The notes beneath the pieces are model-generated. The model saw nothing but the letters and a program-made list of their open reading frames with translations, was not told the origin of the DNA and searched no databases. A DNA stretch of 64,000 nucleotides. Source: Archangium sp. Its GTDB lineage: Bacteria; Myxococcota; Myxococcia; Myxococcales; Myxococcaceae. The stretch covers positions 91,559-155,558 of the forward strand of contig JALHMW010000002.1 of assembly GCA_022843845.1 (NCBI GenBank), in the 5' to 3' direction. Positions within the stretch are counted from its first letter, which is position 1; every line of letters starts with the position of its first letter. A program made the position numbers and the translations under genes. This document shows, piece after piece, positions 28,217 to 36,816 of the stretch.

Positions 28217-28734
28217 GACGACGCCTCCTCTTCGAGCGCTTCGACCTCTTCGATGAAGCGCGAGTAGTAGCGCACGCGGCCGAGCTGGTGCGTCGCCTCG
28301 GTCACGTCATCCCTGCCCAGCGCCGTCTTCGCCAGCACGAGCGCCGACGACTTTTCTTTCTCGATCTCGTCCGCCATGACGCGGGCCTTCGTGACGTCGC
28401 GCTTCGCCTTGAGGGCCTCGAGCTGCTCCCGGCGCTCCATCACCTCTTCGAGGAACGTCATCGGCATCTTCGCCTGCGCGGCGCTGGCTTCACTGTCGAG
28501 GTCGACGCCCTTGAGCTTGAGCACGTAGAACGCGCGCTTCACCGGGTCTCGCAGCACCTTGAACGCGTCGTTGAGCGTGGTGGTCTTCTCGAGCGCTGAC
28601 AGCCGCGTGCGCGCGTCGGCCTGGGCGAACCGATCGGGGTGGAACTCCAGGGACAGCTCGCGGTGCCGCTGCTCGAGGGCTTTGACGTCCACGTCGAGGG
28701 CAGGGGCGAGTCCGAAGACCTCGAAGTGCGTCAT
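28213..28734 (-). CDS. hscB: Co-chaperone HscB (J-domain)
   Basis: [12 protein letters not shown].. J-domain with HPD (LEFHPDRF). Overlaps the hscA start (ATGA-type). Confidence 0.85.
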   Translation of the reverse strand: MTHFEVFGLAPALDVDVKALEQRHRELSLEFHPDRFAQADARTRLSALEKTTTLNDAFKVLRDPVKRAFYVLKLKGVDLDSEASAAQAKMPMTFLEEVMERREQLEALKAKRDVTKARVMADEIEKEKSSALVLAKTALGRDDVTEATHQLGRVRYYSRFIEEVEALEEEASS

Positions 28735-28741
28735 GACGATC

Positions 28742-29137
28742 TCAGACCGAGAAGCTGTCGCCACACCCGCACGCCGACTTCTCGTTGGGGTTTCGCAGCT
28801 TGAAGCCCGAGGCCATGATCGTCTCTTCGAAGATCAGCTCGGTGCCCATGAGGTACAGGTAGCTCTTTGGATCGATGAAGACGCGCACGCCTTCGCGCTC
28901 GAACGTCTTGTCGCGGGGCCTGGCCTCTTCAGCCCACTCCATGTGGTACGCGAGACCGGAGCAGCCTCCACCCTTCACGGCGATGCGCAGGCCGGCGTTC
29001 GGCGTGTTGCGCTCGGCGAGGAGCTTCTTCAGGCGCACCACGGCGCTGTCGTCGAGGCCGATGCCCTTACCCGTCGGCTTGCCGGTCGGCAGCGCGCTCG
29101 GGTTGGGCGCGATGAAGGTGGAGGTGGCCTCGTTCAT
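28742..29137 (-). CDS. iscA: A-type Fe-S carrier IscA
   Basis: GGGCSGLAY and the C-terminal CGCGDSF Cys triad. Internal ATG chosen; the track N-extension is rejected. Confidence 0.85.
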   Translation of the reverse strand: MNEATSTFIAPNPSALPTGKPTGKGIGLDDSAVVRLKKLLAERNTPNAGLRIAVKGGGCSGLAYHMEWAEEARPRDKTFEREGVRVFIDPKSYLYLMGTELIFEETIMASGFKLRNPNEKSACGCGDSFSV

Positions 29138-29148
29138 GGCGGTTCCGG

Positions 29149-29583
29149 TCACGGCTGAGTGGTCGGCGACGGCTGAACAGCTGCGGCGGCGGTGGCCTGG
29201 CGCTTCGCGCGCTTGTCCTGGAAGTCCTTGATGGCGGCCTTGATGGCGTCTTCGGCGAGCACCGAGCAGTGGATCTTCACGGGCGGGAGCGACAGCTCCT
29301 TCGCGATCTCCTTGTTGGTGATCGTCACCGCGTCTTCGATCGACTTGCCCTTCACCCACTCCGTGACGAGTGACGACGAAGCGATGGCCGAGCCGCAGCC
29401 GAACGTCTTGAACTTCGCGTCCTGAATCATCCCGTCATCGGAGATCTTCAGCTGCAGGCGCATCACGTCGCCACACGCAGGCGCGCCGACCAGGCCGGTG
29501 CCGACGTTCGGATCTTCCTTGTCGAGCGTGCCGACGTTGTGGGGGTTCTCGTAGTGCTCGATGACTTTGTCGCTGTAGGCCAT
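29149..29583 (-). CDS. iscU: Fe-S cluster scaffold IscU
   Basis: MAYSDKVIEHYENPHNVG, GAPACGDVM, FKTFGCGSAIASSS, LPPVKIHCSVLA. Confidence 0.95.
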   Translation of the reverse strand: MAYSDKVIEHYENPHNVGTLDKEDPNVGTGLVGAPACGDVMRLQLKISDDGMIQDAKFKTFGCGSAIASSSLVTEWVKGKSIEDAVTITNKEIAKELSLPPVKIHCSVLAEDAIKAAIKDFQDKRAKRQATAAAAVQPSPTTQP

Positions 29584-29602
29584 GGGGTCTCCTCGGGGAA
29601 TT

Positions 29603-30964
29603 TCAGTGAGCGGTCCAGGCGATCGACTTCAGGTCGATGCCCTCTTTTGCCATCTCGTACAGTGGCGACATGTCTCGCAGCTTCTTCACGGCGCGGGTGA
29701 CGAGGGCGATCACGAAGTCGACCTCTTCTTCGGTGCTGAAGCGGCCGAGCCCGAAGCGGATCGACGAGTGCGCCATGTCTTCTTCGACGCCGAGCGCGCG
29801 CAGCACATAGCTGGGCTCGAGTGACGCCGAGGTGCACGCCGAGCCGGAGCTGACCGCGACGTCCTTGATGGCCATCATCATCGCTTCGCCTTCGACGTAC
29901 GCGAACGAGACGTTGAGGTTGCCGGGCAGGCGGTGCTCCGAGGAGCCGTTCACGGTGAGCAGATCGAGGCTCTTCTGCAGGCCCAGCCAGAGACGATCGC
30001 GCAGGGCTGAAACGCGCTGGGCCTCGGCCGCCATCTCGTTCTTCGCGATCTCAGCTGCGGCGCCGAAGCCGACGATGCCGGCGACGTTGAGCGTGCCAGA
30101 ACGCATGCCGCGCTCATGGCCGCCACCATCGATCAGCGCTGCGATGCGAACGCGGGGCTTGCGACGCACGTACAGCGCGCCGACGCCCTTGGGGCCGTAC
30201 ATCTTGTGTGCGGTCAACGACACCAGGTCGGCCTTCACCTGCTCGACGTCGAAGGGGATCTTGCCCACGCCCTGCACCGCGTCGGAGTGGAAGAGCACGC
30301 CCTTCTCGCGGCAGATCTTTCCGATCTCGGCGACCGGCTGCACGACGCCGATCTCGTTGTTGGCGAACATCACGCTGACGAGAATCGTCTTGTCGGTGAT
30401 CGCCGCGCGGAGCTGCTCGAGATCGATGAGCCCGTCCTTCTTCGGCGAGAGATACGTGACGCGCGCACCGACGCGGACCTTGTCGATCCACCGCTTCAAC
30501 AGCGCGTCGTTCTCGAGGTCGTGCTTGATCTCGAGGGTCGCGAGCTCGTCGGTCGAGACGTCGCGACCGGTCAGCTCCATCAGCCGCTGGATCTTCAGCT
30601 CGTCGATGCGATCGAGGCGCTGGCGCTCGAGGCGCTTGCAGGTGTCGAGCACCGCCTTGTGCTCGGTGGACAAGGTGATGATGTGATCGCCCTTGTCCTT
30701 GTAGAACTCGACGACACCCTTGATCGCGAGGTTGTTCGACTCGGTCGCGCCAGAGGTGAAGACGATCTCTTTGTCCGAGGCTCCGATGAGCGCGCCGAGC
30801 TGCTTGCGGGCCTTCTCGACCGCGGCCTCGGCCTTCCAACCGAAGGCGTGGTTGCGCGACGCCGCGTTGCCGAAGTCCTCGACGAAGTACGGCTTCATCG
30901 CCTCGAGGACCCGTGGGTCCATCGGAGTGGTGGAGTGGTAATCCATGAAGATCGGCAGCTTCAT
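29603..30964 (-). CDS. iscS: Cysteine desulfurase IscS
   Basis: [19 protein letters not shown].., PLP lysine region [17 protein letters not shown], active Cys SSGSACTS. The track N-extension (MRAVTKE..) runs into the operator region and is rejected. Confidence 0.95.
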   Translation of the reverse strand: MKLPIFMDYHSTTPMDPRVLEAMKPYFVEDFGNAASRNHAFGWKAEAAVEKARKQLGALIGASDKEIVFTSGATESNNLAIKGVVEFYKDKGDHIITLSTEHKAVLDTCKRLERQRLDRIDELKIQRLMELTGRDVSTDELATLEIKHDLENDALLKRWIDKVRVGARVTYLSPKKDGLIDLEQLRAAITDKTILVSVMFANNEIGVVQPVAEIGKICREKGVLFHSDAVQGVGKIPFDVEQVKADLVSLTAHKMYGPKGVGALYVRRKPRVRIAALIDGGGHERGMRSGTLNVAGIVGFGAAAEIAKNEMAAEAQRVSALRDRLWLGLQKSLDLLTVNGSSEHRLPGNLNVSFAYVEGEAMMMAIKDVAVSSGSACTSASLEPSYVLRALGVEEDMAHSSIRFGLGRFSTEEEVDFVIALVTRAVKKLRDMSPLYEMAKEGIDLKSIAWTAH

Positions 30965-30984
30965 CTCGACGCCCGCTTTCAATG

Positions 30985-31052
30985 TGGACCAATCAGGTCC
31001 AGATTCCAGAGTTTCCTTAGTAACTGCCCTCATGTGGACTCGTCAAGTCCAC
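30985..31052 (-). promoter_or_regulatory. Two IscR type-1-like palindromes upstream of iscS
   Basis: TGGACC-aatca-GGTCCA at 30985-31001, 21 nt upstream of the iscS ATG. GTGGACT-cgtca-AGTCCAC at 31034-31052. Both fit the recalled core GACT-N5-AGTC of E. coli IscR type-1 sites. No Rrf2 gene in cis. Confidence 0.45.
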
Positions 31053-31250
31053 GATCCCCGTCCAAAAAAGGCCGATCAGGTTGCGAACGTCAGCGAACGC
31101 GTCTCAGTGGGAGCGGGCCGATATGGCACGAACGCCAGTGCCCTGACGTGGGGCAGTGCGGGCTGACACGCCAACGAGGCCGCAGGGTTGGCGTGCGGCA
31201 CAGGTGTCGCTGAGCACGGCCGAGCCGTCCCACCCACCTCGGAGCGCTCC

Positions 31251-32750
31251 ATGTCCCGCCCACCGTCCAAAGACGTTCACCTTGCCGTCGCCAGCGAAGT
31301 CGAACCGACCCGCTACGCCCAGGGCTGGCGACGCGGAAAGCCCGAGGAGGATCCCGACAAGGTGAAGCGGTGGGGCGTGATCTCGGCGCGGCCCAGCGAG
31401 TTCCTGATCCGCATGCGCGGCGGCAGCGTGCGCACGAGCGGGCAGGGCGCGACGATCTTCAAGTGGCCGTGGGACTCGGTGGCGATCGTCCCCACCACGG
31501 TGCAGCGCCTGCAGTTCACGGCCGATCAGATCACCCAGGAGAAGGTCGGGGTGAAGGTGACGGGCATCGTCGTCTACCGGATCGCCGAGCCGCTCATCGC
31601 CTTCCGCATGCTCAACTTCAGCTACCCCGAGCGCGCGCAGGAGAAGCTCGCCACCATGATGGAGGAGATGTGCATCGGCGCCACGCGCCGGCTCGTCGCC
31701 AACCTCACCATCGAGGAGTGCCTCACCCGCCGAAAGGACGCGCTGGCCTCGGAGCTGGTGCGCGAGGTGGCTCCGGTCGTCTCGGGCAGCGGGCAGCTCG
31801 AGGACACCACCAACCGCGGCTGGGGCGTGGTCGTCGACACCATCGAGATTCAAGACGTGCGCGTGACCTCGGCGCAGGTGTTCGCGAACATGCAGGCGCG
31901 CTTCCGTCAGGAGCAGGAGCGCGTCGCCCGTGAGGCCGAGCTCGAGAAGGAGCGCTCGATCAAGCTGAACGAAGCCTCGACGGAGCAGGAGATCGAGCTC
32001 TCGCGTGTCGCTTCGCAGACCGAGATTCGCCGCAAGCGCTTCGCGGCTGAAGAAGAGGCCAAGCTCGAGAAGATCACGGGTGACGCGAAGGTCGAGGAGC
32101 AACGGCTCGCTCAGGAGCGCTTGAACCGCGCCAACCACGTCGCTGCGGAGCGCGAGTTCCAGCTCGCGAAGATCCAGGCGGAGCAGGACGTGCGGCAGCG
32201 CAAGCAGGTCGCCGAAGAGACCGCCGCCATCGAGCAGCAGCAGGTGCAGGCCCGCCTCGCAGAAGGGAAACAAGCCGCCGACGCGCGTCTGCAGCAAGAG
32301 CGGCTGCGCAACGAAGTGGAGGTCGCCCGTCTGGAGGCCGAGGCCGAGCAGGCGCGTCATGCGGCGCGTGTCGCGGAGCAGCTCCAGCAGACCGAGGTGC
32401 TCCGGGTCCAGGCCGACTCCGCAGAGGCCAAACGGCTGCTCACCGAGATCGAGGCGAAAACCGTCGAACTCGAGGTCCACAAGCAGGGGCTGCTCTCGAA
32501 GCTGGAGCTCGACCGCGCCGCGAAGTTCAAGGAGATCGAGAACACCCTGTCGCCCGAAGCGATTCAGCTGGCAGTCGCCAACCGCCTGCCGGAGCTCGCC
32601 ATGGCCTTCCAGCAGAAGATGGGCGAGGTGCACGTGACGGCCGTCGATGGGGGCAACCCGTTTGGCTACATCGCCGCCGCCGTGGAGGGCGTCATGGGCC
32701 TGGCCCGAAGCGCAGGGCTGGAGCTGCCGAAGAAACCCGATCCCAGCTGA
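31251..32750 (+). CDS. SPFH/Band-7 (flotillin-like) protein with a long coiled-coil
   Basis: N-terminal SPFH domain (GVKVTGIVVYRIAEP.., TIEIQDVRV), then about 250 aa of E/A/R/Q coiled-coil. GGAG Shine-Dalgarno 6 nt before the ATG. Confidence 0.8.
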   Translation: MSRPPSKDVHLAVASEVEPTRYAQGWRRGKPEEDPDKVKRWGVISARPSEFLIRMRGGSVRTSGQGATIFKWPWDSVAIVPTTVQRLQFTADQITQEKVGVKVTGIVVYRIAEPLIAFRMLNFSYPERAQEKLATMMEEMCIGATRRLVANLTIEECLTRRKDALASELVREVAPVVSGSGQLEDTTNRGWGVVVDTIEIQDVRVTSAQVFANMQARFRQEQERVAREAELEKERSIKLNEASTEQEIELSRVASQTEIRRKRFAAEEEAKLEKITGDAKVEEQRLAQERLNRANHVAAEREFQLAKIQAEQDVRQRKQVAEETAAIEQQQVQARLAEGKQAADARLQQERLRNEVEVARLEAEAEQARHAARVAEQLQQTEVLRVQADSAEAKRLLTEIEAKTVELEVHKQGLLSKLELDRAAKFKEIENTLSPEAIQLAVANRLPELAMAFQQKMGEVHVTAVDGGNPFGYIAAAVEGVMGLARSAGLELPKKPDPS

Positions 32751-32794
32751 ATCCCCCTGAAACCGCCGAGCCTCTGATTACATAGGGCTCGCAC

Positions 32795-34348
32795 ATGGGA
32801 CGCACACTCGTACTCGGTCTGGCAGTTCTGGCGGCGGTCGGCCTGGCCGTGGTCCCTGAGGTTCTTCCGACGGGGCCCGCCAGCTCGCTCGACGCCTCAG
32901 GGCTGCTGGACTCCGGGCAGTGGTTGTTCGCGGCCGGCACGATTTTTCTGGGCGGCCTCCTCACCGCGCTGACGCCCTGCGTGTACCCGTTGATCCCGAT
33001 CACCGTCGGCGTCTTCGGAGCCCGTCAGGCCGACAGCCGGGGCCGCGCGTTCGTCCTCACCACCGCCTACGTCTTCGGCATGGGCGCGGTCTTCAGCATC
33101 CTCGGCGTGGTCGCCGCGCTGTCGGGCAAGGCGTTCGGCTCGGCGCTCGGCAACCCGTGGGTGGTGGCAGGGTTGGCGCTGTTCATGGTCGTGCTCGCGA
33201 CGTCGATGTTCGGCGCCTTCGAGCTCGCGCTCCCGCCGGGCCTCGCGCTCAAGCTGAACAACGTCGGTGGTGGCGGCCTCATCGGCGCGCTGTTGATGGG
33301 CTCGGTGGCTGGCTTCCTCGCAGCGCCGTGTACGGGCCCGGTACTGACCGGCGTGCTCGCGTGGGTCTCGAAGACACAGGACCCGGTGCTCGGTGGCGGG
33401 CTGCTCTTCATCTACGCCCTCGGCATCGGCGTGCCGTTCTTCCTCATCGGCGTCTTCACGGTGCGGCTGCCCAAGGGCGGCATGTGGATGGAGTGGGTGA
33501 AGAGCGTCTTCGGCGTCGCGCTCCTCGCGCTCGCTGCGTCGTACCTTCGTGATGCCTTCCCCGCGCTTCGCGTCGCCCTCGAGGGAATTGGCCTCGCCGT
33601 CGGCAGGTACGCGGGCATCGGCATCGCAGCAGGCCTCGCGTTCCTCGGCGTGATGCTCGGCGCGGTGCACCTGTCGTTCAAGGAGAAGGGCGAGTGGCCG
33701 CTGAAGGGCTTCGGCGTCGCGGTGCTGGTCGCTGCGTTCCTCCTGCGCGTCTCGGCGTCGGCAGTCCCGGCGCCGGTGAAGGTCGACCCGCAGCTGGCCG
33801 ATCAGCGCGCGGTGCTCGAGCAGCAGATCGCCACGCTCGACAGGCAGCTGGGCGCCGAAGACGATCAGGCGAAGAAGAACCAGCTCGCAGCCTCGCTTGC
33901 TGAAGCTCGTGAGGCGCTCGCGAAGCTCACCACGCCGAGCGCTGACTTCGCGTGGGGCCTCGTGTTCGAGGCCGAGAAGCAGGGCTCGCCCGAGGCCTTC
34001 GAGGTCGCGCTCGCGAAGGCAAAGCACGACTGCAAGCCGGTGATGATCGACTTCTTCGCCGACTGGTGCGCCGCCTGTAAGGAGCTCGACCAGCACACCT
34101 ACGTCGCGAAAGACGTCGTCACCGAGTCGCAGCGCTTCGTGACGATCAAGGTCGACGGCACCAACGACTCCGAGATCACCGACAAGCTCTATGAGAAGTT
34201 CGGCGTGAAGGGCCTGCCGACGGTGGCCTTCATCAGCCCGACCGGCGACGTGCTCGAGAAGCCGCGCGTCACCGGGTTCTTGAAGCCGGAGCAGTTCCTC
34301 ACCGAGATGCAGAAGGTGGCGATCGCGACATGCTCGGCCTCGCCTTGA
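32795..34348 (+). CDS. dsbD: Thiol:disulfide interchange protein DsbD-like, beta (CcdA-type TM) plus gamma (thioredoxin) domains, no alpha domain
   Basis: TM cysteines LTPCVYPL and AAPCTGP. C-terminal thioredoxin fold FFADWCAACKELD. Confidence 0.85.
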   Translation: MGRTLVLGLAVLAAVGLAVVPEVLPTGPASSLDASGLLDSGQWLFAAGTIFLGGLLTALTPCVYPLIPITVGVFGARQADSRGRAFVLTTAYVFGMGAVFSILGVVAALSGKAFGSALGNPWVVAGLALFMVVLATSMFGAFELALPPGLALKLNNVGGGGLIGALLMGSVAGFLAAPCTGPVLTGVLAWVSKTQDPVLGGGLLFIYALGIGVPFFLIGVFTVRLPKGGMWMEWVKSVFGVALLALAASYLRDAFPALRVALEGIGLAVGRYAGIGIAAGLAFLGVMLGAVHLSFKEKGEWPLKGFGVAVLVAAFLLRVSASAVPAPVKVDPQLADQRAVLEQQIATLDRQLGAEDDQAKKNQLAASLAEAREALAKLTTPSADFAWGLVFEAEKQGSPEAFEVALAKAKHDCKPVMIDFFADWCAACKELDQHTYVAKDVVTESQRFVTIKVDGTNDSEITDKLYEKFGVKGLPTVAFISPTGDVLEKPRVTGFLKPEQFLTEMQKVAIATCSASP

Positions 34349-34773
34349 CGCTGGTGGTGGCGGCCGATGGTGGTGTGGCCCCGCGTGACGAGGTGCTGGC
34401 GTTGGTGCAGCAGCAGGTGGCCGCCTGGAATCGCGGAGACCTCGAGACCTTCTGCGCGACCTACGCCGACGACGCGGTGTTCGTCAGCCCGCCTCGCGCC
34501 GCGAACATCGACGCAGGCGTGGCCGCCTCCGACGGCGTGACGCGTGGCCGAGTCGAGGTGCTGGCGCGCTACAAGAAGCGGTACCCTGACGGGAAGACGA
34601 TGGGTCAGCTCGCCATCGACCCGTGGGACGTGCGGGAGACGAAGGACTCGGTGTCGATCTCCGCGAAGTGGACGCTCCGCTACCCCGACAAGCCGGCGCT
34701 CAGCGGGAACACCGTCATCGTGCTGCTGCGAATGAAGGCCGGCTGGCGCATCGTGCACGACGCGTCGATGTGA
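34330..34773 (+). CDS. SnoaL/NTF2-like (DUF4440-type) protein
   Basis: LALVQQQVAAWNRGDLETFCATYADDAVF is typical of the NTF2-like fold. The start is uncertain because the track start overlaps the dsbD end by 19 nt. Confidence 0.45.
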   Translation: MLGLALTLVVAADGGVAPRDEVLALVQQQVAAWNRGDLETFCATYADDAVFVSPPRAANIDAGVAASDGVTRGRVEVLARYKKRYPDGKTMGQLAIDPWDVRETKDSVSISAKWTLRYPDKPALSGNTVIVLLRMKAGWRIVHDASM

Positions 34774-34817
34774 TCGACGTGTTCGACGGCGCTTGGTTCG
34801 TGCACGATGGCTCGGCG

Positions 34818-35783
34818 ATGCGCCTCCTCCTGATCTCGATCGTCGGTTTGTCGGCCTGCGCCCCAAAGCCCGCAGCGATGCTCATGCCGAACACCAGTGA
34901 CGATGGCGGCCTCGGCGCAACCGATGGCGGCACGGCTGACGGTGGAGCGAGCTGCCAGCCGGCCTGTACGAGCTGGACGAACCCTCGCGCGCTCGGAGAC
35001 ATCGTCGCGCCCGTCGTCGAGCTCTCGGGGCTGGCGGCGAGCCGAACGCAGCCGGGCGTGCTCTACGCCCACAACGACTCTGGCGACTCGGCCCGCTTCT
35101 TCGCGCTGTCAGCGACGAACGGAAATCTGCTGCAGGAGTTCTCGGTGCAGGGCGCGACGAACCGTGACTGGGAAGACATGGCGGTCGGGCCCTGCGCGAC
35201 CGGCTCGTGCCTCTTCATCGGCGACATCGGCGACAACAACCGCGTGCGCACCGACTACGCGATCTACGTCATCCCCGAGCCGGTGGTCGTCAACGGTGGC
35301 GCCGACGCGACGGTGCCGGGGCAGCGCTTGCCGTACCAGTACCCGATGGGCGCGCGAAACAACGCCGAGGCGCTGGTGGTCGACCCGGCTTCGGGTCGGC
35401 CGTACGTGCTCACCAAGGCGCCGGGCTCGTTCCAGCCCAGCGTCGTCTACCGCTTCCCGATGCCGCTCACGCCAGGCACGCAGGTGACGCTCGAAGAGGT
35501 CGCGACGCTGCCAGTGCCGGGGCCGACCGACAGCCAGCTCACCGCGGCCGACCTGAGCCCGTGTGGCGACGCGCTGCTGCTGCGCATGTACAACCGCCTC
35601 GTGCTGATGCGCTCTGACGGCGGCTCGCTCGAGTCGATCTTTTCCGCCACGCCGATCGCCGTGCCCGCCGCGCAGGAGGGGCAAGGTGAAGCCGTCGCGT
35701 TCGCTGCCGATGGCCGCTCCTACTTCACGGCGAGCGAGGCTGTGCTCGGGGCGCCGCCGCTGTTTCAGTTGACCTGTCGATGA
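34818..35783 (+). CDS. Lipoprotein, probable beta-propeller (SdiA-regulated/phytase-like fold)
   Basis: MRLLLISIVGLSACAPKP lipobox. Motifs NDSGDSARFFAL, DWEDMAVGP, GDIGDNN. Confidence 0.5.
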   Translation: MRLLLISIVGLSACAPKPAAMLMPNTSDDGGLGATDGGTADGGASCQPACTSWTNPRALGDIVAPVVELSGLAASRTQPGVLYAHNDSGDSARFFALSATNGNLLQEFSVQGATNRDWEDMAVGPCATGSCLFIGDIGDNNRVRTDYAIYVIPEPVVVNGGADATVPGQRLPYQYPMGARNNAEALVVDPASGRPYVLTKAPGSFQPSVVYRFPMPLTPGTQVTLEEVATLPVPGPTDSQLTAADLSPCGDALLLRMYNRLVLMRSDGGSLESIFSATPIAVPAAQEGQGEAVAFAADGRSYFTASEAVLGAPPLFQLTCR

Positions 35784-36355
35784 GCTGGAAGAGACGCGTC
35801 GGCTGGGCGCTCGCCCGGGTCGTCTCGCAGGTAGGCGCCTGGAGCGGCGCACCACGCCGGGCCGTCAACCAGACTGAGCGCCAGGTTTTGACGAGCGTGT
35901 TCGGAGGCTCCCTCGACCTCGACGCCATCGAGATTCGCGAAGATCTGCGCGGCCTCATCAACCTCAGCCGCCGGGCCTTCGTGATCGAGAACACGATCCA
36001 CCTGCCGATGCCGGCCCACACCGCGCCGATGCAGCTCATCGTCCATGAGGCCACGCACGTCTGGCAGTTCCAGAACGGCGGGCACGCGTACATCACCGAC
36101 TCGCTCCACGCGCAGACGCTCGGCGACGGCTACCAGCTCGAGAAGGGCCTGCTGCAGGGCAAGGCGTGGCCGCAGCTCAACTGCGAGCAGCAGGCGACGC
36201 TCGTCGAGCAGGCGTGGGCGCAGCGGTGCTTCGAGGGGCGGCCCTTCATCATTCGCGGCAGGGACTGGACGTCAGCGTTCGAGGCGGCGAGAGCGCAGTG
36301 GCGCACAGGGCAGGGCGCCGCGTTCACGGCTTCCGGCGGAACACCCGGTCCATGA
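35780..36355 (+). CDS. DUF4157 (HExxH metallopeptidase-like) domain protein
   Basis: LIVHEATHVWQFQNGG matches the DUF4157 zincin-like signature. ATGA overlap with the upstream lipoprotein stop. Confidence 0.6.
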   Translation: MSWKRRVGWALARVVSQVGAWSGAPRRAVNQTERQVLTSVFGGSLDLDAIEIREDLRGLINLSRRAFVIENTIHLPMPAHTAPMQLIVHEATHVWQFQNGGHAYITDSLHAQTLGDGYQLEKGLLQGKAWPQLNCEQQATLVEQAWAQRCFEGRPFIIRGRDWTSAFEAARAQWRTGQGAAFTASGGTPGP

Positions 36356-36815
36356 CCATCGGCTCCTTGCCGTCAGGCAGCAGCGAGATCCGGTAGAGCA
36401 TCAAGCCGTCTTCTCTGAGCTGGCGCTCCAGCCTCATGCTCATCTTCTTCGACTCGTCCGTCATGCGGCCGGTGGAGCGGAAGACCCCGTTGTCGAGCAC
36501 CGTCGTGTACGAGTACGCGTCTCCGAAGAAGTCGTCGGTCGTGGGCGTCTTGCCGTCGAGCACGAGCTGAAACCGCTTCTTCGAGATGCTGGCGTCGATC
36601 TCGACGAAGAGCGTGCCCGAGTTCACCCGAATGCGGTGAATCGGGCGCACCGACTTCCCCGCCTTTCGCACGAACCAGCTGACGCCGAGCTTCTCGAGGA
36701 TCGGCCCGGTGTCGGTCGACTGCTCGAGATCGAGCTGCCACACGCCTTCGAGCGGATGCGACGAGACGCCTGCGTCGGGGAGCTGCATCAGCACCATCAT
36801 GATCAATGCGCTCAC
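36324..36815 (-). CDS. Lipocalin-like (DUF1579-type) hypothetical protein
   Basis: LEGVWQLDLEQS.. is a beta-barrel-like pattern. Its 3' end overlaps the DUF4157 gene 3' end by 32 nt (convergent). Confidence 0.45.
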   Translation of the reverse strand: MSALIMMVLMQLPDAGVSSHPLEGVWQLDLEQSTDTGPILEKLGVSWFVRKAGKSVRPIHRIRVNSGTLFVEIDASISKKRFQLVLDGKTPTTDDFFGDAYSYTTVLDNGVFRSTGRMTDESKKMSMRLERQLREDGLMLYRISLLPDGKEPMVMDRVFRRKP

Positions 36816-36816
36816 G

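Noticed and set aside
30965-31033. N-terminal extension of iscS ([23 protein letters not shown])
   Set aside because: Canonical IscS begins MKLPIxxDY. The extension overlaps the palindromic operator region.
31104-34096. Minus-strand ORFs 31104..32633 (509 aa) and 32897..34096 (399 aa)
   Set aside because: Antisense to the flotillin-like and DsbD genes. The repetitive L/E/R/D translations mirror the coiled-coil and TM codon patterns.
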